Below the pieces are notes generated by a model. It did not search any database. It saw only the letters and a program-made list of their open reading frames with translations, and was not told the origin of the DNA. Positions 14,569 to 29,479 of a stretch of 64,000 bases of DNA are shown here, in pieces (within the stretch, counting starts at the first letter, position 1; each line of letters begins with the position of its first letter). Location of the stretch: assembly GCA_020137815.1 (NCBI GenBank), contig CM035352.1, positions 2,666,001 to 2,730,000 of the forward strand, read 5' to 3'. The stretch is from Hormiphora californensis (Eukaryota; Animalia; Ctenophora). Made by a program: the position numbers and the translations under genes.

Positions 14569-14739
14569 ATCAAGGTGAAGGAAGGAGAGTTCATTCACGT
14601 GCGAATTTACAACACCCTGCCCTGTTATGGCAACGAGCTGATCCTCCACGGTCTACTACATCATCACGAGGGTGGAAGTGGACCAATTGACTATTTTGAG
14701 GCTCACATAAACCTCGATTTACCCAAATACGATGATTAG
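14569..14739 (+). CDS. Second, paralogous stefin terminal exon (alternative exon 3B)
   Basis: tttcAG acceptor then IKVKEGEFIHVRIYNTLPCYGNEL...PIDYFEAHINLDLPKYDD*; homologous to exon 3A and in phase with exon 2; no separate exon 1 or 2 seen between 14120 and 14569. Confidence 0.75.
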   Translation: MKVKEGEFIHVRIYNTLPCYGNELILHGLLHHHEGGSGPIDYFEAHINLDLPKYDD

Positions 14740-15229
14740 ATGTGATTGTGACTGTATGAACTTATAATAATAATAATAAGACTTTATTGATGATCATGGA
14801 CTGCCCTTTTAATTTAAGTTTACCGCCACCCAATTTGAGAATTCCTATTTTAGAGTTAGATGTTTTAGTCTTATCTTCCACCACCGTTTTATTTTGATCT
14901 GATTGAATCGAGCTGTTTTATTTTGATTGTCAAAACACGAACAAGGCTGAACTTTACCGGAAACTGCTATCAGGTCAATGTTCTGCCCACAGAGAAACAG
15001 TTTATCGGAGAATGCAGCGACAAGCAGTTGATCGACCAATGAACACCGAGAACTGGGACTCAGAATGAGAATGAGCCCGGAAACAGGAGGGAAATGCGCG
15101 GCGCGCACGTCAGAACTAAACCGGTAAACGCCATTTCTGGTTTGATGAAGGAGCACTGGCATAAATCCCAGAATTCTATGGGCGGAGTTTTATCCCCAAA
15201 CAAACTCTTTGCTAACCTTACTCAACTAG

Positions 15230-16703
<1,474 letters not shown>

Positions 16704-16820
16704 GCAATTGATTGCATAATACTTGATTTGTACAAACAAGAAAAAATACTGTGTTTTAAATTTGTCTAAAACAATAACTTACTTCGTGTCACACAATTAA
16801 AAACCCTGCCCTAATGTTCA

Positions 16821-19800
16821 TTACAAATCTCCCAATAAATGGGCCGCCAAGTCCTCAGTTTCTTGCAAAGAGCTGCAATGTCTCTTTTCTTCAGGTTCAT
16901 ATTCTTCCTCTGCTTCTTCACTTTCCGACCCACCCAAAACTGCCGCAGGGGCTTCCTCTCCCCTTGCTCGTTTCCTCTTCTCTTTCTTCTCCTGCAAAAA
17001 GTGGGTTGTCAGGTAGGAAACCTAGTTGCTAGGTTACTACCGAAATTTAAACGACTCCTTCATAAAGACATCCGTTGACTCACCAGCTTCGCTTCCTTTC
17101 TCCGCTGTTTGGCGGCCGCCTTGTCCTCAGTGTCCCTGTCTTTCATGTCCTTCTGCATCTCGTCAATGTCGATACCACCTGGGAGGGTTTAGAGTTGTGC
17201 GAAACAGGCAATGAATGGAGGTAACATGCACACCCGTGTGAGCGAAATATTGTGCTCACAGGTGGCAATGGTAAAGCAGATCCCTCGGAAACTTCCAGGA
17301 AGTCCCAGTTGGGTGCCAGCTGTGATCCTGCGTGTCATTTCCGAAATTGCAGGTCGAGTTGGTGGACGGATTCGGTGAAAGCGGGGGATGAGTTGTGCGC
17401 GCGAAGTGGTCTAACAAACAATACCCCGCGCGTCACAGACTACACCACCAAAAAGTGTGACCGATTCCCAGTCTGTCATAGGTTTTGTGCAAATTACACA
17501 CACACAAAACTGTACAAACATTCACGGTGTAAAGTACCTGCTTTCGCTGGGTCAACTGCTGGTGTAATATCTACAAGGGCTGCAGCTGGTTGTCTGTCAA
17601 ATGCTCCCTCTTGTGCCTCGACCTACGGGTTTTGAATTAAAGGAGAGGCCAGAGGGTGAATCCTAGAATTTGTCCTGTAGAAATCTAGAAATTTATGCAG
17701 TGGTTAAAGGACTCATAACGCCATTGTTGTTTCCTACTTACATTCCCTTCCTCATCAAAAGATATCTTAGTGTTAACTTTGATTCCCTTCTTCAACAAGG
17801 CCTTTGCTTTAGCAACTTTAGACTTTGCTTTCTTCTTGGTCTGTCTCGGCTGAAGGGCTTCCAAATTTTCAGTTGACAAAGAGTCCATGACTGTCGAATC
17901 TTTCTTAACCAGGATATCATCATCGTCATTTTCATCAGCAAGGGCACTGTGGAATGTAATGTTAGGGACGGGTTAGGGACATTGCGACTCCTTAGTGATG
18001 TCTTTTCGAAGTGATCAAGTTATACCTAAAAGCTTTCTTCGCTTCCTCTGCTTCGCTATCATGATCCTCCTCCCCTTCATTCTCTTCCTTTTCTTCCTCT
18101 TTATCACTTTCTTCCTGCTGAGGGAGATTTAAATCACAGTCCCATCACGGTTCAAATCACAGGATGGTATAAGTTGAATAGTACGTGAGGCCAGGGGAAG
18201 CACATCACATGAAAGTGAAAAATATCACTCACCTCTTCCTCTTCACCGTCCCCTCCTCTTTTCTTCTCTGCTTTCTTCAAAAACCTCACTTTGGGCGCAG
18301 ATAGCAGCCCCAAAGAGGCAGCATAAGCTGACAAAGGTAGTTTGTTAACATCGAACACTGTCTTGTCCCGTTGAAGAAAGACACTCCGTACATAACTGTT
18401 AAACGTCTTCTTGGCCCAATGATGTACCTCCTGACTTTCCGCACACATTGATTGGACCTTCTTTTGGATTGAAATCTGGGCAAGGAGGTGGAGTGTTAGA
18501 GAGGTGGGGAATGAGGGTCCATCTAATCACAACACCCCGGATATTATCCCCTACAATACCTATTATACTGCTCAAATCTAAGAGAGGTGGGTAATGAGGG
18601 CCTACCCCCTACAATACCTGTTTTTGTGGGTTGACCCTGATTTTGGTTAGGGCGACACCGTGTTTTTGTAGTTTATCAATGAACGCCTCCTCTGAGGGTA
18701 ATATCATTGCCAGACTGTTCCCTGCTTTGTGGTACCGGGCTGTTCTACCCGATCTGAAGAGAGGTGACAACGTAAATATTAGTTGAGCACCGCGTTTAGC
18801 CCAGTCTGGTTTAGCCCCCTGGACACAATAGGATGAATGCAAAACCCCGGATGGCTCAGATATTATCATCTAGCCGAATAGTCAATCCTAAAATTCATGC
18901 GAATTGCGATTCATGTATTTCACAAACCTGTGAATGTATGTCTCTACGTCCTCCGCACAGTCTAAATGTACCACCCAATGTACTGCAGGTATATCAAGGC
19001 CCCGTGCTGCAATATCAGTAGCCAGTAACACCGCTGCTGTCTTCTTACAAAACGACTCATAGATCCCCACTCTACGGAGCTGCTTCTGTTTCCCGTATAG
19101 TGCGAGGATGGGCACCCCAGGTCGGAGTTTACACAGAACCGCGTTGTGGAACTGAACCTGGAGAAGAGGGAGTTTGAGGAACCGTGGGAGGGAACACTGT
19201 ATCTAATTCTAAAAGCACATCTCTCACTGGTCCCCTAGTTAATACCTGTTTACAAGATGACATAAAAACGAGGATTTTGGAGTTGAGATGAGACTTGATA
19301 AACGCGTAAAGAACCTCTAACTTTTCTGAGAGGTCCACTGTGACATATGCATGAGAGAGCTGGTTGGGTGTTTTGTTCGTCTTGTTCGTTGACACTATCA
19401 CACTCTCCTGAGAGGGGGACGGGGGTGAGGGAGCAGAACTGCTAACTTGTACTAACTTTTCATATACAGATGCAAGCCATGTGAAGGAGTTTGAACAATT
19501 CTAGAAATCAAGGAGGACGACAGTAAGAAAAAAGGCGTGTTATTGACAGTTCCCAGAGCACCTCACCTTCAGTGAAAGATTGGCAAGTTTGATGATACTG
19601 GGATTACTAAGGGTAGCAGAAAATAGTAGTGTTTGTCGCTCCTCAGGGAGATTCTCCAGAATGTACTTCATGGCGGTGGAGAACCCCATATCTAGTATCC
19701 TGTCTGCTTCATCCAGCACTGTAGGGGGAATAGTGTTGTCAATTACACATTGCTAATAATTTGGTGTTGTTAAATAGTTGCTAATACCCCCTCTCGCAAC

Positions 19801-20943
19801 CGAATAGAATTGATACAATAGTACAAACAGTACAAATACTGCTTAAGAGGAGATATATGTATCAGGGGGAAATACAAATAAGGGGATGAGAGTGTGTGGA
19901 CGCACCACCTACCTAACATTTGCAGTAGATCACAAGAGAAGGTTGAAGTTTGGTCCATGTGTTGGAGAAGGCGACCCGGTGTTGCTATGACAATATTAGT
20001 ACAGGCAAGACGAGATCTCTCTTCTTCTATACTCTTCCCACCGATAACCAGACCCGCAGAGAAATCATGCTTGCATCCGATCTAGTGAGGGGGTTTAGTT
20101 TGATTCTAGATGATATAGCCTATACAGGACGGTTAAATCTTGAAGTTCAAATCCTAGATCTCGAATGTAGAATACTCCCACTCATTGTGCTACCTACCTT
20201 TTTGAGCACTTCGTATATCTGGTATGCAAGCTCCCGTGTCGGAGTTATAACAAGTGCTCCCAATCCTTGAGATGCCGACCATTTCTCTCTCCACAACATT
20301 TCAAGAACAGGAATGAGAAAAGCTAGTGTCTTCCCACTTCCAGTAACGGCTTCTGCCTGAAATAATTGAAATAGATGTACAAGTCACATCTCTCAAGTTC
20401 CTGAGAACGGTCCTGCACAACCCATGTATGACAATATCACGTGATTACCATATTTGTGCTTGTGACGTCATCAAACATGCCCAAATATGGTATGTCACTC
20501 ACCTGCACGTCTGAGCCACGGAGGCAATGTGGTATGGATTGCCGCTGGATATCTGTCAGGGTGACAAACCCAGCACTCTCCAATCCCTCCTGGGTACGGG
20601 GCGCCAAAGGGAGGTCTGTAAACTTAACACAGTTCTCTGGGTTTACCTGATAACGATTTGATAGTTTCAAAATATATTCTTCAGTACTGAATACTACAGA
20701 ACTGTATTGCACCGTTTACATCTTTTTAAAACACAACCCTAAATAACTCACCCTAAATATAAACTTCACTACTGATTACTATGATGGATACACCGTCTAC
20801 TGACAAAACATATACTTGAAACACAACGAGTGTTCACTCACATGGGGGTACCGGGCAGTACATGTTTTAATCTCCTCGTCATATTGGTGCTTCATATTGT
20901 TCCTGGTACCCTTCGTCATTTTCTTCTTCCTCCCGCTAAGCAT
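16821..20943 (-). CDS. DDX10: DEAD-box RNA helicase DDX10/Dbp4 (multi-exon)
   Basis: Exons give the Q-motif (TDIQRQSIP), [32 protein letters not shown] and GRTARY, then [15 protein letters not shown]...YAASLGL; ends [13 protein letters not shown]. Confidence 0.9.
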
Positions 20944-21139
20944 TCTACAGCTCTACAGATTGAGAGGGGTTATAGGAGAGGAATATAGTCTGAAGACTGG
21001 AGAGGGCCAGGGACAGTGGGTTATCAAAACCATTTGATAGGGGGGTTGAGAGGAAGGTAAACGCTGTTTTGTGCCTCAAAAGTGAATGTAAAACTCAATA
21101 AAATAAACACACAGATCATGTAAAAACAATAAGTCTCTC

Positions 21140-24100
21140 TCATTTCCCCCTCCTAAAGCTCCTTGATATCCTCCAGGCGTTCGGCTCCTCATACTTGTTA
21201 AACAGTGGCTCAACCTTCTCAGACTTCTTATTCTTGCTCAGCTTCGTTTGGTCTGCCTGTTTGAAGAAGGTGGGTGCCAGCTCAACCAGCCACTTAGGGT
21301 CGATAGCAGTACATTCCCTCATGTACTCCTTAGTAGTCAGGACTAGTTCAGTGTAGATGATCCAGTCGGGCTGTCTCTGATAAAGACACGATGAGGGATG
21401 GATATAGACAACCTGGTTGTCCACTATCGTCTTGTATCCCTCCTCCCTGTCCTTCTTCGCGGCATTCCTGAAGAACCCTGAACAGATGGCCTTCTGTAGT
21501 TTGGTAGTGGCTCTGTAACAACTCACAACATCCAACTTGTGCCTATCCATGATACCCAGCATCTGTTTTCGTACATCCTGGGCCTTCTTTAGGCTCCTTG
21601 CTTGGACAAAGTTCTCGTAGCACCAGTGAGAGCTAAAACCATTATTTTTCCAGGCGTTATACACCGCTAACAATGTAAACAGATCCCCCTCCGGTTGATG
21701 GAATTTAGCTTTCTTCTGATCTGCCAGAGTCTGCTTCTCTTTAGGTCTGTAGAACACGTTAGGGAAGGATAACATAGATACAACCGTTATCGCCTCATCA
21801 CTGCACCCCAGATTTACACTTTGAATAAGGAGTTTAGCAAGTTGGGGCTCCAAGGGAAATTCAGCCATCCTCCGACCCAACTTGGTCAATAACCCCTCGT
21901 CATCCAGAGCCCCCAGAGAGTGAAGTTCCTCCATAGCTGTTATCATAGAGTCCTTGGGAGGCGGGTCCATGAACTCAAATGAGAGGAGATCGTTTATACC
22001 CATTGCCTTGAGAGATAGGATGGTACTAGCCAAGTTACTTCGCTGGATCTCTGGCACTGCACTGGGTAACATTTCATCGTTAAAAGCCCGCTCAGTGTAC
22101 AGTCTGTAGCATTTACCCGGTCCAGTTCTACCCGCCCGGCCCGTCCTCTGTTTCGCCTGGGCCTGGGAAATGGGCACCACGACCAGAGAGTCAAGCCCAG
22201 CCTTGGAGTTGTACACTTTTTGTTTTACAAAACCAGGATCAACAACGTAGAATATTCCATCGATTGTCAGAGATGTCTCCGCGATGTTGGTTGCTATGAC
22301 GACTTTCCTGGAGCCCGGTGGCGCGGGGTCGAAGATCCTAGTTTGCATTTCACTGGGCAGGGCACTGTAGACCGGGAGGATGATCAATTCGGGGACATCA
22401 TCTCCCAACATTTTCATTCTCTCAAACAGCATCTCGGCTGATGTGTCAATTTCCTCCTGACCAGTCAGAAACAGCAGAATATCACCAGGTGGTTCAGTCA
22501 GATGGATCTGCATGACGGTAATGAGCGAGGCATCCATGTAGTCGGATTCAGGTTCTTTAGCATAGAACACCTCCACAGGAAACATCCGACCGGGGATGGT
22601 GAAGATTGGGGCTTCAAAGAAATAGGTAGAGAACTTAGCAGCATCAAGTGTGGCTGAGGTAACGATAAGTTTTAGTTCTGGTTTCTTAATGATCGCCTTC
22701 TTCATCAGTCCAAATAGGACATCAGTCTGTACAGTTCTCTCGTGAGCTTCATCCAACATGATGACCGAGTAGGTGGAGAGATCGGGATCAATGAGACACT
22801 CCCTCAACAACATACCCTCTGTCATGTACTTGATCTTGGTGCTCTCACTCGTACAATCCTCAAACCTCATTGTGTATCCCACATCCTCACCCAACCTGCA
22901 CCCAAATTCCTCAGATACACGCTTAGCAACTGACATGGCAGCCACTCGACGGGGCTGGGTACAACCTATCCTTCCATTAGCAGCATAGCCCTCCTCGTGA
23001 AGATACTGTGTCATTTGGGTTGTCTTCCCACTGCCAGTTTCTCCAATAACAACTAGAATCTGGTGCTTGTTGATAGCCTTCTATCAGCTGATTCTTGAGC
23101 TGATAAATTGGCAAACTCTTCCTCTGCTCAATGATTAGACAGATCCGTCCTCTTGCCATACGAAACCTTCTTTCCGAAACTCGCCTTTTTCCACTTCAGG
23201 CATTTCCTCAGGTAGTCCTGCCTGGGATTTGAACTTCCCAGTACCCACTCTCCTGTTTCACAGCACCAGGGGTAGGGTCATGGAAGGTTGTGGTCGCAAC
23301 ACTCTCATCCGGCTTGGCACTTCTCTGCTCAGCACGGGTCTCCCTTCTCTCCTTAGAAAGGGCACTCTGGGTGGTCGCTGCACGTTGCAGTGAACCATCA
23401 GGATTCTTAATGATCCTGATAGGAGAATGCTGGACGCTGAGTTTCGTTTGGCCCCGGAGAAAGGGAGGCTCCTACCTCAGCTAAGTTCTATCTCAACATC
23501 TTCAATATCACTACCGTCTCCCTCCTCCAGCTCATCAAGGCCAGGATACTCACTCTTATCCAGAACCCCCGCTGCTATCAGCTGTTTGATTTCCCATCTC
23601 TCGGGTGAGGTCAACCTCGCCACCCCGCCCTTCTTCTTACCCTGGTCAGCTGCAGACATATCTTCACGAAGACTTTCTAACTCGCTCTCTGCCTGGGTCG
23701 GTGGTCGGTTCCCTTGGAGGAGAGAAGAGGAAGAATTGGAAGGCATCGGTCTCGCATTGGGATCTCGAGGGTTCAAATCCTTGCCTGTTCCCTGGTCGAC
23801 CTCTTTAATCGTCAGACCAATCTTGTGGCCTATAATGGACATGACCTTAACATAAACACTCTCATTTTGCTGGACCACGTCCTCAACCTTGTTAACACGT
23901 TGTCTCTGAAGTTGAGAGATATGAACCAGCCCCTCTGCTTTAACCCCCTCCATGGCAACAAAACATCCAAACTGCATGAGTTTCTTCACCGTACCTCGGT
24001 AGATCTGCCCAACTTCAGGCATGGCTTGTACTGGCGGAGGTTTAGGTTTGTGTGAGGCATGATCAGGACTCCTCCCTCTTCTCCGTTTGTGATAGTAACT

Positions 24101-24790
24101 GTCCCCACCACCACCCTCACGACTACCCGATCTTCTCGACCTTCGTCTTGCATCTGAGTTTCTACTTCGGCTGTCTCCACTTCGTCTCCTGTCACGGCTC
24201 CGTGACCTCCGTCTCTCTCGACTTCTCCGCCTCTCTCGACTTCTCGAACGACGTCGTTCTCTACTCCGTGATCTCCTCCGATCTCTCCTATCACCCTTCT
24301 CCCAATCCCTCCCTCTCTCAGACTCATCCCCACTATCCCACTTTTTATCGTCCTTCACTGGTTTCTGAGTTTTGGCTGGTTTCGGAGGTGCCTCGGCTTT
24401 GGAAGGAGCCAGGGCTTCCAACTCTGCAAGGGCATCTGTCACAACGGCTGCCTCTGCATCCGCACCAAACTGACCGTCGGGCAAACAAAGAGCAGGGAAA
24501 TTGGAATCAGCTTGAGTTGGTTGTACATTTGAATTGGTCTTGCCTTTCCGTAACAACAGATTGGGCTGCATGGTCTGAATAAGTCTGAAGATATTGTTTA
24601 TAAATGATTCCGGGAACTCAGCTCCATTCTTCTTCAGGAGCTGTTTAAATTTGGGTAGGTTCTTCCCCTTTTTAGCGAGACTGATGATGAATTCAGCTAG
24701 GTCCTTGTCGTTCATCCCCATGTGGTTGTGCAGTTCTGTACAGATCTTTGAGACAAGGGAGAGGTATTCGAGTTTATCAAGGGCGTCCAT
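21140..24790 (-). CDS. DHX8: DEAH-box splicing helicase DHX8/Prp22; intronless, with several frameshifts at ~23015-23485
   Basis: N-terminal [16 protein letters not shown] domain, S1 domain, [32 protein letters not shown] and C-terminal [17 protein letters not shown]; the two ORFs are joined by a region with indels. Confidence 0.93.
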
Positions 24791-25047
24791 TGTGTAGCTA
24801 GAGAGGGATATTGAGTGGTGTGTTAGCGGGGAGGGGGGAGCTTGGTTAGAGGGTGGGGGTTTCAGGGGAAAGAAACAAAATGAAATTAGCGAAACAAATA
24901 GTAAACCGTCAACGGTACAAATTCATATACGACACTACTACTTCTTCCAGAATACTGGGGGAGAAAAAAGGGGGGAAACAATGTCTGTCATGGGGTAGTA
25001 ACTAGGAGTGCGGTAGTACACTAAAAGTAACTGGGAGCTGGGGATTT

Positions 25048-25424
25048 CTACTTCATTGCCTTCTTCTCGAGTTCTGCTTTGAGCTGTTTTGAGAAATCAT
25101 CCTCGATCTTGTCATCATCCCAGTTGTCCTCCCAAACCTGTAGAGATCAGTGTAAAGATGATGATATGAAGAACAGTGGAAACTTGATGTAAAGCCAAAA
25201 CATCACAGAATAGGAAAGCTGTAGCTACGATAAAGTAGTTGCCTAGCAACAACTAACCTGTCTAGCAACAACTAACCTGCCTAGCAACAACAACTCACCT
25301 GGAGGTCTGCTGAATCAGTCTGCTCCTTGCTCCACTCCTCTACAGGGAAGTCCTCGAATTCATCATCCTCCTCCAACTTTCCAAGGTTGGGCTGCTTGCC
25401 AGTCTTCACTTCACCTTTAGTCAT
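25048..25424 (-). CDS. SEM1: SEM1/DSS1 26S proteasome subunit; exons 25424-25299 and 25137-25048
   Basis: [15 protein letters not shown]...[23 protein letters not shown]; missed by the ORF track. Confidence 0.93.
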
Positions 25425-25625
25425 GTTGCTATGAGCTAGATTGAGATGTTGTTAGTCTTGTTGCTAGCTCTAGAGACAATGAGAGATCTATATTGGATAT
25501 TGAGCTGCTGTCTGTTAGCTGGAATTAAATGTGAGATGATGAAAACACAGTTTAATCGGTCCAATAACTTAAAAGGTGCTTTAAAAATAATAATTTAACT
25601 TTAAAAGAATCATGTCTCCCCTGAG

Positions 25626-28600
25626 TTAGTCCGAAAGAACAAAATCTTCAACCATGTCCTCGGTATCTTCAGTCATCTCCGTCACAACCTTCTTCTTCTT
25701 CTTTTCAGTTCCATCCTTCTTTTTAACCTTCTTTTCTTTTCCATCTTCCTTCTTTTTAACTTTCTTCTCTTTTTCAACTACCTTCTCGACTACCTTCATC
25801 TTCTTCTTTTTCTTCGGAGGTCCCTCTTCAACCTTAGCTGCCTCCTCTGCGCTCTCTAAACCACTCGATTCCTCATCCTCCTCCTTTCCCTCTTCTTCCT
25901 CATCTTCCATCTCATCATCACCATTTTCAGTAGCCGCTGCCTGATTAGCCGCTAACACAGTCCTGTGAACCTTCAGCCAGCTGTTGAAAAACTTGGTTAG
26001 AGCACTTTCTGGTAGGGCATCCTCCCACTTCTTGGCCTCCTCAAGATCTCGGGGACTAAAACTAACACCAGACCGTTTGTCTGTGATATCCCGTGATACC
26101 GCCTCTGTCTTCTCAAGGATCTGAAATAAAAATATTTAGAACTGGTAAGTTATACAATGTTATATAAATTATACTTCCGGTAAATTTGGGTAAATTGAGA
26201 TGTGGAATTTACCTGTCTGATTTGGCTGGTGTATTTCGAGTTATTACAACTTTTATTGAACTTTCTTAGCCACACACTGACAGGGAAACTGGCCTCGGGG
26301 AACGCTATGCTCTGGGACAACTGTGATACATAATTGAGGATCAACTCAAACGATAAATCAAACACCCCGTCTTGGTAGGCTTTCGTCTTTTTGTAACCCT
26401 TCGTCACCTGGAATAGGGAGAATAATTGGTCATGTGAAAAATTATCTCAGAATCAAACGGTTTACGGTCGTACAGAGAGTATTGAAAACATCAAATCTTG
26501 AGGACTCACAAACCTTGAGAACGCATGTAAGATCAATGGGCTTGGAGGCAGGTGCCTTGTTCTGGGTTGCACAAAAGTTCAGACAAGTCAGGAGAGGGTG
26601 GAGAAGGGGGATATGGTTGTCTGTCGAGGCAGCAAGGTGAAGCATCATTCGAATAGTGTGGAGATGGAGGGGGAAGAAACAGGGCGAACTGTGGAGATCC
26701 AATACTTTCAACATCACCTGGAGAGGTATTATAAATAAAAATATGTGGGGGGGGGGGGCCTGCCGCAAGAATCTCATGCCTCATTGGCGATTTTCAGGGT
26801 AGCTGGGATTTTTGAGATTTTCGATTTTTGGCTAAAAAACGTGGGATTTTTGAGATTTTGAGGCAAATTTGCGATTTTTCGGGGAAAACCCGCAAATTTT
26901 CTCAAAAATCTCATAGAAAGGAAAAATTTCCATTCGAAAATTTGGAATAGAAACAATCCTTGTGTTTTTCTACCAAAAATCAAAATTCTGGATAGAAATT
27001 TTCCTTGTGTTCTAGTACAAAAGTTAATGTGAAGCTAAAACATGAAATCTGCCTATTTAAATTACTAAACTGCTATTATGATTCAGTTTTAAGCTAAAAC
27101 ATATGTCGAAAAACTGAGTATTGGCAGCCAAAACTGTGCCAATTTAACACAAAAATCTCAAACGTAATTGAGCAAATTTTCCCAAAAATCTCAAAAATCT
27201 CATCGGCCGAAAAGAGGGTAGCTGAGATTTTTGCGGCAGGCCCCCCCCCCATATGTACAAAAATTTGGGGAACTATGATTTTAGAATATAGAATAAGATT
27301 ACTTTGTGAGGCTCACATCGCTCTGTGAGGGTTCAAACTGACTCAAACTGTGTTTACCTGTATAAGTGGGAATATGAGGGGTTGAAGACAGGCATCACAA
27401 TCTGCCAGGACTGCTACCCACACGTGCAGACAGTTGATGTACTGCCAGTTGTACACACTCTCTATCTCCTTCTTACTGACCACCACTGACCTGACTGTTA
27501 CTGCTAACTGTCTGATGTACAGGAAACCCTGGGGGAAGAGGGCGAGGGTTCAGTATATCAGTTGGTGTAGTCAAAAGAAGCGAGGAGAAATATAGGAAAA
27601 CCTGGCGGTGAGGGATCAGTTTTCAGTCAGAAGAACTGTAAAGTTTCAGAAACAGCAATTTGCAATCACATACCGTGGTGTAAGTAACGGATGGGTTAAT
27701 TTTGAAGAGTTCTACCAGACAGTTCCTCATCAGCACAATGTTATCACGAGTCTTGATGTTCATTGCCTTACTACACTTGGTATACTCAACATACATCTTC
27801 TTCAGCAGATCTCCCAGAAAGGAGGGAATCTTTTTAACAAGTGCCTGGAACGGGGTTAGTGTGGGGTGTTAGGGCGAGTGACGAGTGTTAGGATAGGGTA
27901 GATTGTTATGTTCTAACCCTGTGCGAAACACAGTCTAGCTAGGCAAAGGGTAGAGAGATTTACCTACCCTAATATGGGAAATAAATCATAAACTATTACC
28001 TGGAGACCAGTAAACGCTACAACCCGGGAGAGATCGGATTTGCAACCCCACACAGTTATGTGACTCTTCACATATTTCTTTATAAGGCGGGAGAAGGCAG
28101 CATAGAATGGCAGCATTGCTTTGCAGTGACGCATTACTGCACACAAAACATCATCACTCGTTAAAAGTCCTGCAGGGGAAGAGAAAGATAGAGACTAGAG
28201 AGAGAAAATAATAGAGAAAAAGAGGGCAAGGAGAGAAACAACAAGAATGTATACTTACCAAGCAGATCAGTAAGATTGGTCAGGTATGTTTTCAGGGACA
28301 CCTTCACCTTTACCCATCGGGGTGATGCTGTAGGGCTGTCTCCCAGACACTCCTTCAATACACCCGCACTGTACTCCAAACACAGGGAAATAACTTTGTT
28401 TACCATATCTGGATCGATGATAGTATACTTGAGGCCCTCTCCTTCGTCCCCCCGGGCCGTCCCAACAGCCGCTTGGAATGCTTTTACAAGCTGTTTCCAA
28501 CTGGGGAGACTGTTCTTTCGCAACTGTTTCTCCCATTTTGCTAGCAAGGCAGGTGTAACAGGGATTGAGTTTGCTTCCGGTAATTCCTCTTCTTCCTCTT

Positions 28601-29261
28601 CAACTTCTCCTGCTGCTGCTGCAGTTTCCCCCTCATCAGCACCTTCCTCCTGGTCGTCATCTGAGGAACCCTCGCTGTCACTACCCTCCTCGTCACCACT
28701 GAAATTCAACAAATCTGGATCGTTTTCTTGGAGGAATTTGTAGAACTCTGAGTCTTGTTCCTGGAGCCTAGATAGGCCTTCTTTCACATCCTCTCCCTCT
28801 GCAGCAGGTTCCTCAAGGGGGGCCTCTTCTGGTGTGACAGACTCAGTGACTTCGGGTGCTTTTTGTTTCTTTTTCTTCTTCTTTTTATTTTTAGCTGGTT
28901 TTGTTTCAGAATCTTTCTCATCTCCGGCCTCCTCTTCTTTTGTTTCAACAGCAGCCGTGAGGGCGGTCTCATTTTCTTCGATTTTAACAGCTGCAGCTGC
29001 GAGGGGGGCCTCCTTCTCTTTCACCTTTTTCTTCTTCTTCTTCTTCACCCCATTCTCTTCACCATCTCCATTAGCAGCCACCTTCTTCTTCTTCTTCTTG
29101 GGCTTCACTACTTTCTGTGAGACCTCCTCCTCCTCGGAATCCCCGACATCAATATCTGCAAATGATGCCATGAAGGCCTCAGCATCCATTGCACCCAACT
29201 CACTAACCGATGGGCCAGCATCCTTCTTCCGCTTGCGCTTTACTTCCGGCTGGTTCACCAT
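25626..29261 (-). CDS. NOC2L: Nucleolar complex protein 2 homolog (multi-exon)
   Basis: LQEQDSEFYKFLQENDPDLLNFS, VYNWQYINCLHVW, FFPLHLH, IAFPEASFPV and an acidic C-terminus EDMVEDFVLSD. Confidence 0.88.
26747..27250. mobile_element. Intronic MITE with poly-G/poly-C ends
   Basis: TIR ggggggggggcctgccgcaa(g/a)aatctca; flanked on both sides by ATATGT. Confidence 0.75.
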
Positions 29262-29479
29262 GGCTATTTAAACTGTAACATAAAGGGGCTATTGTTAATT
29301 GAGCTAATAGGAAGCTGAAGCCTGAAAGTAAAACCAAAATCTTGCAAAATATATATGTTAAGTTTACAAGTTAACTCCGGGTGAATTATGATAATGATAT
29401 AATCGCATAAATTACTGTCAAATGTAAAAACTCCCATTGTAAAATTTTGAGATATAATATAATTCTTTAGGTAGCACTG

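Noticed and set aside
17252-17635. 127-aa plus-strand ORF / GC-richer patch inside DDX10
   Set aside because: No recognisable protein or ncRNA motif; overlaps DDX10 antisense.
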